A stretch of DNA of 64,000 nucleotides, taken from NCBI RefSeq assembly GCF_963921235.1, contig NC_086102.1:28458001-28522000 (forward strand), written 5' to 3'. Below are positions 1-11,159 of the stretch, piece after piece. The notes under the pieces are model-generated. The model searched no databases. It saw only the letters and a program-made list of their open reading frames with translations, and was not told the DNA's origin. Within the stretch, counting starts at the first letter, position 1. Every line of letters starts with the position of its first letter. Origin of the DNA: Mobula hypostoma. Its lineage: Eukaryota. The translations under genes and the position numbers were made by a program.

Positions 1-1274
1 TCTAATATTTGCCGTCGCTGGTGGTGCAGTAGTCGCAGTGGCACAGAAACAACTGCCCCAGCTCGCAACCTTCAGAATACAACTTAACTCTGGTCATTGG
101 AGCAGTTAAGGATTAGTGAATATTCAAACATCGTAAATTGTGAGAGATGTTAATAATTTGCTCTACCCAGCCAACACAAAAATGTAATTTTACCCACCTC
201 TGTAAACTTTTGGAACTTTTATGAAGGATAGGGCCAGGAATTCAGTCAAAACTATGTTTGATAGTTGATCAAATCCTGCAGCTGAAGGCTGTGTACACAA
301 TTGCTAACTGGTTCTCCCTGGAGTACTGTGCATGGATTGTTCTGGATTTCTTTTGATGAGCTTTCTTTGCAGAATCCTCTTTCACATCATAGTAGAAGCA
401 TTATATCACCGTGGTTCTCCTGTGGCTCCCTTGACAATTTCATCACTTTCTTGGCACTTAACATATTTCATGATTCAACAAGAACAGAATTGGTTCTGAT
501 GTAGCTGGAGCAGAAATTCTATTCAGCTGTTCTCATGTGACACACTTCTTCCTCATCTATGAAGTATTTCAAAAAAGTGGCACAGTTTTCATGATTGACT
601 ATATTTTTGTAAGTAAATTTTCCTCATTGTTTGATATCAGCAACATATTCCTTCAATTGCAAGTATGGTTTGTCTAAAGTCTTGAACGAGACTATCACAT
701 TTGAGGAGTTCAGTTCTTTAGCTAATTGTCTACTTATCATGCCAACACTTAATTAATAATAGTTAATAGGCTGTTCAATGATGAAAGGTACTGCAATTAT
801 GCATGATCCTATGGTCACCTGTGCTCAATCATTATTCTCATGCCATGCATGTAGTCATACAATAAGCAAATTCAAGATTTTTTTCTGGTCAGCATTTCTT
901 CCAAAATCATATTAACTTGACCTGTCCTGTTAAATGGTTTAAATACAGAAAGCAGTATTGGATTTGTAGTGAAATCAATGATTCAAATCTTGGAATTTTA
1001 ATGCACTTTAAGTTTCTGTATGTATGAAAGTTGGTGAATTTTCATCTAAAGGGAAAATAGACTGCACATGCTAAAATGTGGAACACTAAAACAGGGTTGT
1101 GGAAGACTTCAGCACCATCTGTGGAGGCAAAAGTTGTACAAAGTTCTGATAAAGAGCCTCTACCTGAAATGTCTACATAAAACTTTGATCTCCATGGGTG
1201 ACACTTGACTTCTAAATTCTACCTGCTTTGTTTTATATTCCATAAGTCTTTTTATCATCATGATTTCTCCAGAG

Positions 1275-1355
1275 CAGGGGATTCCAAACTTTTTTATGCT
1301 GTAAAACCCCTACCATTAACCGAAGAGTCTGTGGACCCCAGGTTGGGAACTCCTG
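1275..1355. mobile_element. ~80-bp hAT MITE (same family)
   Basis: CAGGGG...CTCCTG termini; TSD CTCCAGAG / CTCCAGAA. Confidence 0.82.
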
Positions 1356-1439
1356 CTCCAGAAGGAATCAGCCACAGCCAATATTCCTGAATTAATATCA
1401 AATCATTAACCACATTGATCACAGAAATCAACCTATAAT

Positions 1440-1915
1440 AATAATCATCATCATCATCATAGTAACGATTTATAGAGTATTTTTCATACAAACAACATTG
1501 AAAAGTCTTTACAATGGGATAAAGTGCAAATATAAAAATAAAGGACAAAATGATGTTAGCTAAAAGCAAGGTTAAATAAAATGGTTTTGAGCTGGTGTTT
1601 AGAAGTGTCAACTGAGTCTGCAACTCTTAAGGGTTTAGGTATTGAATTCCACAGTATAGGAGAGTAGTTTCTTTTTTAAAAAAAGGCTGACCTGTCAATT
1701 TTTTATTAAGGGAGATAACTCAAACTTCAGGGAGTGGCAGAAGAAGACTTGAGACATTGAGCAGGATTACAAAATGCAAGTGATTCTGTGATATATTCTG
1801 GTCCCAGACCATTGAGAGCTTTAAAATCATGTTAAGAGAACTTTAGAATCAATTCTAAAAGATACATGATGCTAATGTAGCGTAGTTACGATGGAAGTGA
1901 TATGCTCCCTTATCC
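1440..1915 (-). mobile_element. L2/CR1-group LINE 3' fragment
   Basis: Short-repeat tail (AAT/CAT) and recognisable L2-like C-terminal sequence; recall-based. Confidence 0.45.
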
Positions 1916-2069
1916 ACAGATAACTTTTTTAAAGTGAGAGTTAGTGTATAATATTTAGAAAAAAAGAATGCTTATTTAACTTCCCCTAACCAACTTTGTG
2001 TAGCTGGGGCAAAATATTAACCGTCTCTGTCAGCAGCAAACAGACTAAATCAAACAACTGCAGGATAAC

Positions 2070-2625
2070 AATATTCTACAGAGGCGTGGTTGAGAGTGTG
2101 CTGACATTTTGCATCACAACCTGGTACTCCAGCTGCAGTGCTGTCAACAAAAAAGCCTTGCAGAGGGTGGTTAGGGGAGCAGAGAAGGTTATTGGGGTCT
2201 CCCTACCTTCTGTCCAAGACCTCTTTCAGAGTCGATGCCTCCAGAAGACACGGTACATCATTAAAGACCCCTCACACCCTCTCCATGAACTGTTTGTTCT
2301 TCTGCCATCAGGCAAATGTTACAGAAGCATCAAAACTAAAACCACAAGGCTACTGAACAGCTTCCTCCCACAGGCAGTCAGACTGCTAAATAGCTGCTCT
2401 ACCTGACTCTGCTTTGGACACTTTTAACTTGCACTGGACACTTATAACTTGATTTTAACTGACATGTGGCTGTTGTGTTTTACTATTTATTGTTGTTTAT
2501 TATTTAGTGTTGCGTTTGTTATGTTATGATTGCACTGCTCCGGAGAAACACTGTGTCATTCTGCCCTGCAGAGCTGATGTATGGTTAGAATGACAATAAA
2601 GTTTTTTGAATCTTGAATCTTTGAA
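2070..2625 (+). mobile_element. Rex1/Babar LINE 3' fragment
   Basis: FYRGVVESVLTFCITTWY..ALQRVVR.AEKVIG..IIKDPSHP.H.LF.LLPSG..SFLPQAVRLLN, then AATAAA and a (TTGAATC)n tail. Confidence 0.9.
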
Positions 2626-3798
2626 TATACTGTAAATTAAAAGCAGAAAATTCTGGAAATGCACAGCAGCTCAGAAACAAAATGGCAAGAGACTCAAGAT
2701 ACCGAAGATGGTATAATCTGGCGCAAAAGGAAAACTTCAGAAAGAACTCAGCAGGTCAGGTTGCAAAGGGATGGTCAGCAGTTCAGGTCTAGTCCCTGCA
2801 TCAGGATTGGGAGTGCAGAGGGGAGATGGCCAGCATAAAGAGGCGAGAGGAAAGCATGAGGAAGGGGCTGGTAAGAAACAGGTGTGAAGGGGGTTGATGG
2901 GAAAATGTCGCCCAGGTGGGAGAGTGGGAGAGGTGGGGTTGAGAGACAGCAGCAGGTGGGTAATGGGTGAGGGGTCCATCACAAACTCACAAAGGGGCTT
3001 GAAAGGATAGATGTTGGGATGTTCTCGCAAGAGAGTGCTTAACTGAGGACAGAACTTCATAATAAAGAGCTGGTTATTTAGATTTGAGGTACAGAGAAAC
3101 TTGGTTCTCAAAGAGCATAGTGAATCTCTGGAATTCCTGATAGGTGGTGGATGTTGGATTCCTGGATGCACTTAAAGTGGAGGTGGATAAATATTTGACA
3201 GATTGAGGAATAGGTGTAAGAAATGGCAAAGATTGGTAGCGCCCAGCATTGATCAGCCAGAATGATATTAAATGCCAGGACAAGTTTGAAGAACCTGATG
3301 GCCTTCTCCTGTTCCTACTTCTTGTAGCCTTATGCATAGAAGTCCATCTGTTCAGTCTCTATTTAAATATTTGCCACACAGCTGGGATGCTACTTAAGTA
3401 CATTTAAATATATTTTTGATGACACCAAGTGTCTTCCCATTTAGCATGAAAGTCAAAATGAATTGTGGCACTTCAGCTATAAATGCTAAATTTGCTGTTG
3501 ATAATGTGAAGGATGCTTCAGTACCAAACATGTTGCCTCACCACCTGAAATGATACTCAAGGCATTGCAGCCCACAATATTCGCACTTTTGTTTGTGATT
3601 CCTTTCTTCTTCCTCCTGTGTATCAACTTAGGCAACAAGATACCAATTGTTAATCCCTTCCAAGATCGTAATACAAAACTTGTGTACAAATCTATGCTAG
3701 TATGAAGAAAATATATAACGTAGTTCATCACCTGAGACCATCAGCGCATCACAGTAACACTTTAAAATATCTTCAATAAGCAAACTTGCATGAACAAT

Positions 3799-3812
3799 CA
3801 ACACACACAAAA
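3799..3812 (-). mobile_element. 14-bp PLE terminal micro-insertion
   Basis: CAACACACACAAAA(TGC) matches the family end seen at ~44791 and ~23480; flanked by the perfect 12-bp direct repeat TGCATGAACAAT. Confidence 0.7.
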
Positions 3813-3934
3813 TGCATGAACAATGATATGTTTAAATATGGCCCTAATATTTTAAAGGAAACACATGTGTATTGTTGATATTGCTGCAATGCATAGTTCA
3901 TAAAAATTGCAAAGCATGTTTAAACCTACAACCC

Positions 3935-4015
3935 ATTGGGGTTCCCAACCTGGGGCCTACAGGCTCCTCAGTTACTGGTAAGGGTCTATGGCAGAAGAAA
4001 GGATGGGAACCCCTA
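3935..4015. mobile_element. ~80-bp hAT MITE (decayed ends)
   Basis: GGGGTTCCCAACCTGGGG...GGATGGGAACCCCT, same internal sequence as the other copies. Confidence 0.7.
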
Positions 4016-4659
4016 CCTTAAAGTAACAAAAGAGGACATGGTAAAAGAATGCAATACGGATTTGCATCTCAGCCTGAGGGACATTCCGTCAGTTGATTAC
4101 TTTTTAAAAACTTAATTGAATATTACAGCCCTTCTGGATCTTCAGGAGCTGCAGTCAAGTGTGATTTTAATTAGCCCTCGATCGTCCTTTTATTAGATTG
4201 TACCAATGCTTCTCGATGATAATTATTTCTTGGATATAGATGCAATTCCTGAAATAATCTTCAACTAATACCACAGAAAATATTGGTGCCTGTATCATTT
4301 TCCAGTTTCCTGCTGGGGCTGAATGGGGTAAAATCCAAATTTACACAGTTCAACTGATCTCTTTCTAGTAACTGGAAACTGTAATTGAAAGTAGAAAATC
4401 AAGAGAGGAGAGGCTGTCTTCTGATTTCATAATCTTAATTGTTCATTTTTTGACATGTGTTCTAACGAAACAGCAAAAATGGCTGGGCAGATATTTCAAG
4501 ATACCATTTGGTAGATTAAACTATTGTATTCATCTTTTCTTAAATTGAAAGACACATTTTGACACAAGAACACAAGAAGATAGCAAAAGAAGAAGACCAT
4601 CAGGCCCTTCGAGCCTGCCCTGCCAACCAGTAAGATCATGGCTGATCTACTACATGAAC

Positions 4660-4995
4660 ACTGGAGGAACTCGGTGTTCCAGATAGCATCCATGGATGGA
4701 AGTGGGCAGTTGATGTTTCAAGTAAGCCTTTTCATCTGGACTGAAAGATAAGAGGGGAGATAACTAATGAAAAAGGTGGAGGGAAGGTGCAGCAAGAGTT
4801 GGCAGGCAATCCAGGTGAGGGGGTGGGGTCGTGACAGAGAAGGGAGTGGAGAATAGCTATCTCCCTCAACTCTATCATTCAGTCCAGATGAAAGTCTCAG
4901 GCCAAAACACTGACTGTCCGTTTAGATGCTGCCTAACCTGCTGAACATTTTGTGTTTTGATCCATTTTTAAGCATCTGCCTTCTCTGGTATTTCC
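4660..4995. mobile_element. Old fold-back PLE-end insertion
   Basis: TTTCATCTGGACTGAA on the left is inverted relative to TTCAGTCCAGATGAAA on the right, followed by GATGCTGCCTAACCTGCTG. Confidence 0.65.
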
Positions 4996-5053
4996 TCATG
5001 TCTGATTTACTCGGGTTTTGACTCCTCTTCAGTGCCACTTCCCCACGTAGTTT

Positions 5054-6930
5054 CCAGATATATAAAGAGTAAAAGAGAGGTGAGAGTGGATATCGGACTG
5101 CTGGAAAATGATGCTGGACAGGTAGTAATCAGGGACAAAGAAATAACAGATGAATTTGATAGGTACTTTGTGGCAGTCTTCACTGTGGAAGACACTAGCA
5201 GTATACCAGAAATTCAAGAGCATCAGGAGGCAGAAGGAGTACAGTTGCTATAACTAAGGAGAAGGTGCTTTGCAAGCTAAAAAGTCTGAAGGTAAATAAG
5301 TCAGCTAGATCAGATGGACCACACAACAGGGTTCTGAAAGAGGCAGCTGAAGAGATTGTGGAGGCATTAGTAATGATCTTTCAAGAATCATTAGATTCTG
5401 GAATGGTTCCAGAGGACTGGAAAATTGCAATTGTCACTTACTCTTTAAGAAAGGAGGGAGGCAGAAGAAAGGAAATTATAGGCCAGTCAGCCTGACATCA
5501 GTGGTTAGGAAGATGTTGAAGTCCATTACTAAGGATGAGGTTTCAGGGTAATTGGAGGCACATGATAAATTAAGCCAAAGTCCTTATGGTTTTCATTAGA
5601 GGAATTCTTGCCTGACAAAACTGATGGAAATCTTTGAGGAAATAAGACAGGCTAAACAAAAGAGAGTCAGTGGATGTTGTTTACTTGCATTTTCAGGCGG
5701 CCTTTGACAAGGTGCTGCACATGATGCTGCTTAACAGGAAAAGAGCCTGTAGTATTACAGGAAAGATAGAAGATTGGCTGACTGGCAGAAGGCAACGAAT
5801 TGGAATAAAGGAGGCCAATTTTGGTTGTCTGCCAGTGACGAGTGGTGTTTCTCAGGTGTTAGTACTGGAACTGTTTCTTTTCACATTATATGCCAACAAT
5901 TTGGATGATGGAATTCATGGCTTTGTGGTCAACTTTGCAGACAATACAAAGGTAGGTGGAGGGGCAGGTGGTATTGTGGAAACAGGGAGTCTGCAGAAGG
6001 AATTAAACAGATTGGGAGAATGGATAAAGAACTGGCAGACGGAATATAGTGTAGGGAAGTGTATGGTTAATGCACTGTGGTAGAAAAAATAAAAGTATAG
6101 ACTATTTTTTAAACAGGAAGAAATTTCAAAACTCAGAGGTGCAAAGGGATTTGGGAGCCTTCATGCAAGATTCCCTATAGGTTATCTTGCAGGTTGAGCC
6201 AGTGGTAAAGATGGCAAAGGCAATGCTAGCAATCATTTTGAGAGGACTAGAATATAAGAACAAGGATGTGATGCTGAGTCTTTATAAGGCATTGATCAGA
6301 TTGCACTTCGTGTATTGTGAGCAGTTTTGGGCCCCTTATCTATGAAAAGATGTGCTGGCATTGGAGAGGGTCCAGAGGAGATTCTCAAGTATGATTCTGG
6401 GAATGAAAGGGTTAATATCTGAGGAGCGTTTGATAGCTCTGGGCTGTACTTGCTGGAGTTTAGAAGAATGAAGGTGAGATATCATTGAAACCTATTGATT
6501 ATTGAAGGCCTAGATAGAGTGTATGTGGAAAGAATATTTCCCATATTGGTGAGTCTAGGACCAGAGGGCATAGCCTCAGAATAGAGCAGGGGTCTCCAAC
6601 ATGGGTTCCATGGACTCCTCAGTTCATGGTAGGGGTCCATGGTGTGGAAAAGGTTGGGAACCTCTGGATTGGAGGAATGTCCATTTAAAACAGAGATGAA
6701 GAGGAACTTCTTTGGCCTGAGGGCAGTGAATCTGTGGAAATCATTGCCACAGGTGGCTGTAGAGCCAAGTTATTGAGTGTACTTAAAGTGGAGGTTGATA
6801 GGTTCTTGATTAGTCAGGGTGTCAAAGGTTATGGGGAGAAGGCATAATAAGAGAGTGATAACAAATCAGCCATGACAGAATCATGGAGAAAACTCGATGG
6901 GCCAAATGGCCTAATTTTGCTCCTATGACC
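5054..6930 (+). mobile_element. Degenerate CR1 LINE (RT to 3' UTR)
   Basis: Fragments VPEDWKIA, DVVYL.F..AFDKV and FADNTKVGG, with stops and frameshifts. Confidence 0.9.
6587..6666. mobile_element. ~80-bp hAT MITE inserted in CR1
   Basis: Same family in the opposite orientation; TSD GAATAGAG / GATTGGAG. Confidence 0.8.
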
Positions 6931-7254
6931 TTGTAATCCTCAACTCTCAATCCTTCAAACAATTGTCCATTTCTTCCACCACATTCAATCCACTTTAGAA
7001 TTAGCCTCAGCATCATTACTGTGTAAAACTGTAATGATGCAAATACTGGTATTTAAATATCAGCTGCTGCTATCATGAAAGTTCAAAGTAAAATGTAATA
7101 TCAGAGTACATACATGTCACCACATACATACCCTGAGATTCTCTGCAGGCATATGTGCAGGGAGTGGGCAATGTATGCCCGCACCACCTTGCCATCACAT
7201 CAGCTGGTGAAAAGTTGGACTTCCACACAACAGGGGTACACTAGAAGATGGATG

Positions 7255-7545
7255 GGCATGGTAGCATAGTGGTTAACCCTACGATTTACAGTGCCAGTGA
7301 CCTGGGTTCAATTCCCGATGCTATCTGTAAGAAGTTTGTATGTTCTCCCCATGACCATGTGGGTTTCCTCTGGGTGCTCTGGTTTCCTCCCACAGTCCAA
7401 AGACGTACCAGTTGGTAGGTTAATTGGTCATTGTAAATTGTCCTGTAATTAGGCTAGGGTTAAGTTGGGGGGGGGGGTTGCTGGGTGGGGCGGCTTGAAG
7501 GGCCGGAAGAGCCTATTCCATGCTGTATACCAAGTAATAAATAAA
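7255..7545 (+). mobile_element. tRNA-derived V-SINE (HE1-like)
   Basis: A box GGTAGCATAGTGG, B box GGTTCAATTCC, V-domain GTTCTCCCC..GTGGGTTTCCTCTGGGTGCTCTGGTTTCCTCCCACAGTCCAAAGAC, then a CR1-like tail. Confidence 0.85.
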
Positions 7546-7675
7546 TCCTTAGGCTGCTGCCTTTATATGCAATTAGATATATTCAAACTGTTCAGTGATA
7601 AGTTTTATGAGCAAACAATATTTTTAGCAGGAGATACATTGAAACCATTCTCTTTTCTTTTACCTTTATGCTCCC

Positions 7676-7681
7676 TTTATT
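7676..7681 (-). terminator. Candidate polyadenylation signal (AATAAA) for EVA1C
   Basis: AATAAA on the minus strand ~385 nt after the stop codon; motif only. Confidence 0.3.
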
Positions 7682-8066
7682 CAGACTCTGAGTGAAATGT
7701 ATAACTATAAGCCTAAAGAATCTAATGTGGTCAATAATAGAATACATCTCTGTTTCAGAATTATTATGAAGAATGTCTAGTCTGATCCAGTGTACAGTGT
7801 TCTGCAAATTTTAAATTTACCATAAACTTGCTGAATTCACAGTGGTGTCCCTGAAGCTGAGGTCTAGTCATAATGTTTCACCTTGTTAAAAATATCACAA
7901 TGCAGTTTACATAAATTTCCTTCATAGAAGGAACTTATAGCTAATGAGGGATCTATAGAAATAAAATTAAAATAACTTTGTCAATATAATAAAGACTATG
8001 TCAAAATCTGTCCATCGTGTCAAATTGCCAATACATTCACACTGATGTCTTTGATTTCCTTTGTTA

Positions 8067-8488
8067 TCAGTAATACTGATTAAAGTTCCTTATGACAGGC
8101 ACTTCTGAACCTCCATTCATCCAGATTTCTTGTATGATCCTGTCTCGACGTTCTATCCTCTCGGCTATTTCAGCTGCTTCTGCACTGTTAGATCGTGGAG
8201 TCCCATAAAATTTTGTTAATCCTTCAAAAGTAAAGTCTGAGGAGCTCTCTTCATCATCATCATCATTAGTACTTACATCTTCATCACTGTGGTTGTTGTC
8301 TTCAATGTCACTATTGTCCTGACAACAGTCCATTTTCCTGTGGTATGTTTCCGGTAAGTCCATTTCCCTGTGGTAAGTTTTTTGCATGTCTACTCTGCAG
8401 GATACTTGAATCACAATTGCACACAGTGTGAAGATTAACCCAATGCATACACTGGATACAAACAGCAAACCAACCATTTCTGGGTTAC
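8067..8488 (-). CDS. EVA1C: EVA1C last coding exon (transmembrane helix and cytoplasmic tail)
   Basis: Acceptor gtgttgttgcag|GT; 422 nt to TGA. Translates (S)NPEMVGLLFVSSVCIGLIFTLCAIVIQVSC, an acidic tract, then SAEAAEIAERIERRDRIIQEIWMNG..RNFNQYY*, the hallmark EVA1/FAM176 C-terminus. Confidence 0.97.
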
Positions 8489-9517
8489 CTGCAACAACAC
8501 AAAAATTGTGCTATCATTTGACACAATTCGTAAATAGAGGAGAGAGGATATTAGTATGACCTTGCTTATGCAGAGTAAGGAGCAGAGCACTTTATATCGA
8601 CTAGCAAATTGAACCACTTTGTATCACATGGCACATCTTTAATCCTTTGAACTTTAGCTCCTTTCATGTTAAATCTGCATTACATAGAGCTATTTTTCAG
8701 TAAGCCTTGTATCATTATTTTGACAATTCATCTGAAAACAAATGTATACCCTTGAATAAGACTTGCATTTTCAAATCATAGTTTATAGGCTGGATAAAGA
8801 GCAGGAATTTTTTTCTCTTTACAATATGATATACTTTCATAGAGAATGGTAGATGTCTCAAAAGCATTGCCAGGGGAGTGTTGGAAGCAGATGTGCCAGA
8901 GGTATTTAAGAGACATTTAGAGAGACAAATGGACATGGAGAGGATGGAAGGGTATAGATTGTGTGCAGCAGCTGGGTTTAGTTTAATTCGGCATCGTATC
9001 GGCAAAGACATCATGGGCCAAATGCCTGGTCCTGTGCTGTTCTGTCTGTGTTTTATGTGTTTATGGGAAGAGTAATTTTGTAGCTTTTCTTTATAAATAT
9101 CATTTCTTACCCAGTCAATATTGTACCTCACTCTGTTCATGCTTTTATATTTGAAATATTTAAGTGAAAAATGATACATAATGAAGCTTTTCAATATTTT
9201 TAGCCGCCTGATTTATTTTAGTCAGATCTAGTAAAATATATAATTTAAATATTTGAATCTTGCAGAAAGGTTTTTGAGTTAAACATTCAAATTACCACCA
9301 TACAAGATTTAGTTTGTTTTCAATGCTAGCATACATAATTTAGCACACAAACACCGCATATTTTGTTTTATATAACTGAAAATATTGGAGATGTTCAATA
9401 TCTTCTGTAACTTGGTTTAGTTCAAGTATCTCTTCAAGGATCACTTGCACAAGATCACTGTGAAGTACAGTATTAGCTCTAAATTGATTAGAGTATACTA
9501 AAATAATGAACACTTAC

Positions 9518-9610
9518 TTCTAATATAAGCAAATATAATGAGGGTGCTGATGACAATTTTTCCTTCTTTCATTGAATATCTGGATTCTTGAGGGCCCAAG
9601 GACCTATTGG
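9518..9610 (-). CDS. EVA1C: EVA1C coding exon (start of EVA1/FAM176 domain)
   Basis: Acceptor tttttacatatgtag|CC, donor AGAA|gtaagt; 93 nt, phase 1->1. Translates (A)NRSLGPQESRYSMKEGKIVISTLIIFAYIR; FAYIR precedes the (H/N)PE motif in EVA1 proteins. Confidence 0.9.
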
Positions 9611-10682
9611 CTACATATGTAAAAAGGTAAAGAAAATTAATCGTAATTGGCAAAGGAAGTGCTGTATCTCAAAGTGATTTACTTGTCATGAAATAACTAT
9701 AAAGTGTGACCAGTATTTCAACAAATACTGAGCAAGGAAAGGTTCCATAAATGGCACTAAGCTAAATCACCAAGTTGCCTTATTTTTTATTTCACCAGTG
9801 TTACTTGGCTGTATGTTGGAAAAACCATCTGAAAAATATCTTAAGGACATTTATTGAAGCTGCTAGGACAAGGTCATTGCATGAACACAATTCCAAACAT
9901 TTCTGCCACAATTTGTACAGGGAAATTCATGCCTTTGCTGACCTTGGGATGCAGCATTCAAATTCTAACTTTTCCTGCTCAGAGAATGCCTGTCAATGAG
10001 AGGTAAACCTGGTTGTTGGATCATGTAAAAGGGACCGCTTAAAGTTATATCTGGATTTCATTCCCTTGTCATTCTATTTAAAGATATGCTGAGCAGTTTC
10101 AATGCTTCATGTTACATCTAATATAAGACAACAAATTTCAAAGCAGGAATGGCGAGGGGTTCGGATTACACCTACTATTATCAACTGTGTGTAGATGTTG
10201 GGACTAAAAATGTCAAAGGCTTATGGATGTACAGATTCAACAGGACAGCATAGAGACTTCTGCAATATGAAAAGTCCTTACTTATAGAGAAAGCACAGCT
10301 CTACTTTCCAGTTTTACACTTTTATGCTGGCACAGGGCTCAAGTAGAATATGTTTCCATAGTGTACATCAAATAGTACAGCACAGGAACAGGCCTGTCAG
10401 CCTACTTTGTCTGTACTGAACATGATGCCAAATTAAACTAATTCCCTTCTGCCTGCACCTGAATTGTATTCCTCAATCTGTTACATATTCCCGTGTTTAT
10501 CCAAAAACCTCTTAAATGTCACAATTGTGTCTGCTTCCACCACTATCTCTGGCAGCTGATTACATTCAATTACTGAACAGTTATGTTAAAATGACTCTGT
10601 AAAGAATGCCAATACCTATCCCAAGATACAATGTTATCAGAGACTGAACCCTCAGATGAGAGAGAATTGGTTATAAACCTAC

Positions 10683-10757
10683 CATTTTTATTATAAACCA
10701 ATGAAGGGGGAAGAGCTGACAAACTTGGATCAGCTTCCTGTAGCAACATTTTGGAAA
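10683..10757 (-). CDS. EVA1C: EVA1C coding exon (extracellular stalk)
   Basis: Acceptor ctttttcag|TT, donor AATG|gtaggt; 75 nt, phase 1->1. Translates (V)SKMLLQEADPSLSALPPSLVYNKN, resembling the recalled mammalian VPKNILTAIDP..PSL stretch. Confidence 0.88.
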
Positions 10758-11104
10758 CTGAAAAAGATTTATAAAGTAAACCAATTAAATAAAAAATAGC
10801 AGCTGTATTCATTTATCTCTTAATGGAGCATATAAACCATACAAGATCCCTACAAGAAGTTTTCTTATTTTGCCATATTATTGACTCTATAAGCTGTTGG
10901 TAATCTTTGCATTGTTGTACTACATGCCACTCCTGTAAATTGACCACTTATCTCTTGTGGACCATAGGGTATATTGCACTAATTATCTTTAATGAGACAA
11001 TAACATGACTCTAATTATACGAAGATACTGAACAAACTGTACGAGTTTTAGTTTTATTAAGAGGAGACAGCGTGAAATACAAATCAAGACATAATTTCAA
11101 ATCA

Positions 11105-11159
11105 AATAGAGATGCTGCCTGGCCTGCTGCATTCACCAGCAACTTTGATGTGCGTTGCT
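11105..11159 (+). mobile_element. 55-bp PLE 3'-end insertion
   Basis: GAGATGCTGCCTGGCCTGCTGCATTCACCAGCAACTTTGATGTGCGTTGC; 14-bp TSD ATAATTTCAAATCA (11091-11104 / 11160-11173). Confidence 0.88.

Noticed and set aside
7255-7325. tRNA gene
   Set aside because: The A/B boxes belong to a SINE head followed by the V-domain; no complete cloverleaf.
8483-8492. CAG|GTAAC at the last-exon acceptor as a recursive splice site
   Set aside because: The exon is terminal and coding, the intron is short (1 kb) and the donor match is weak.
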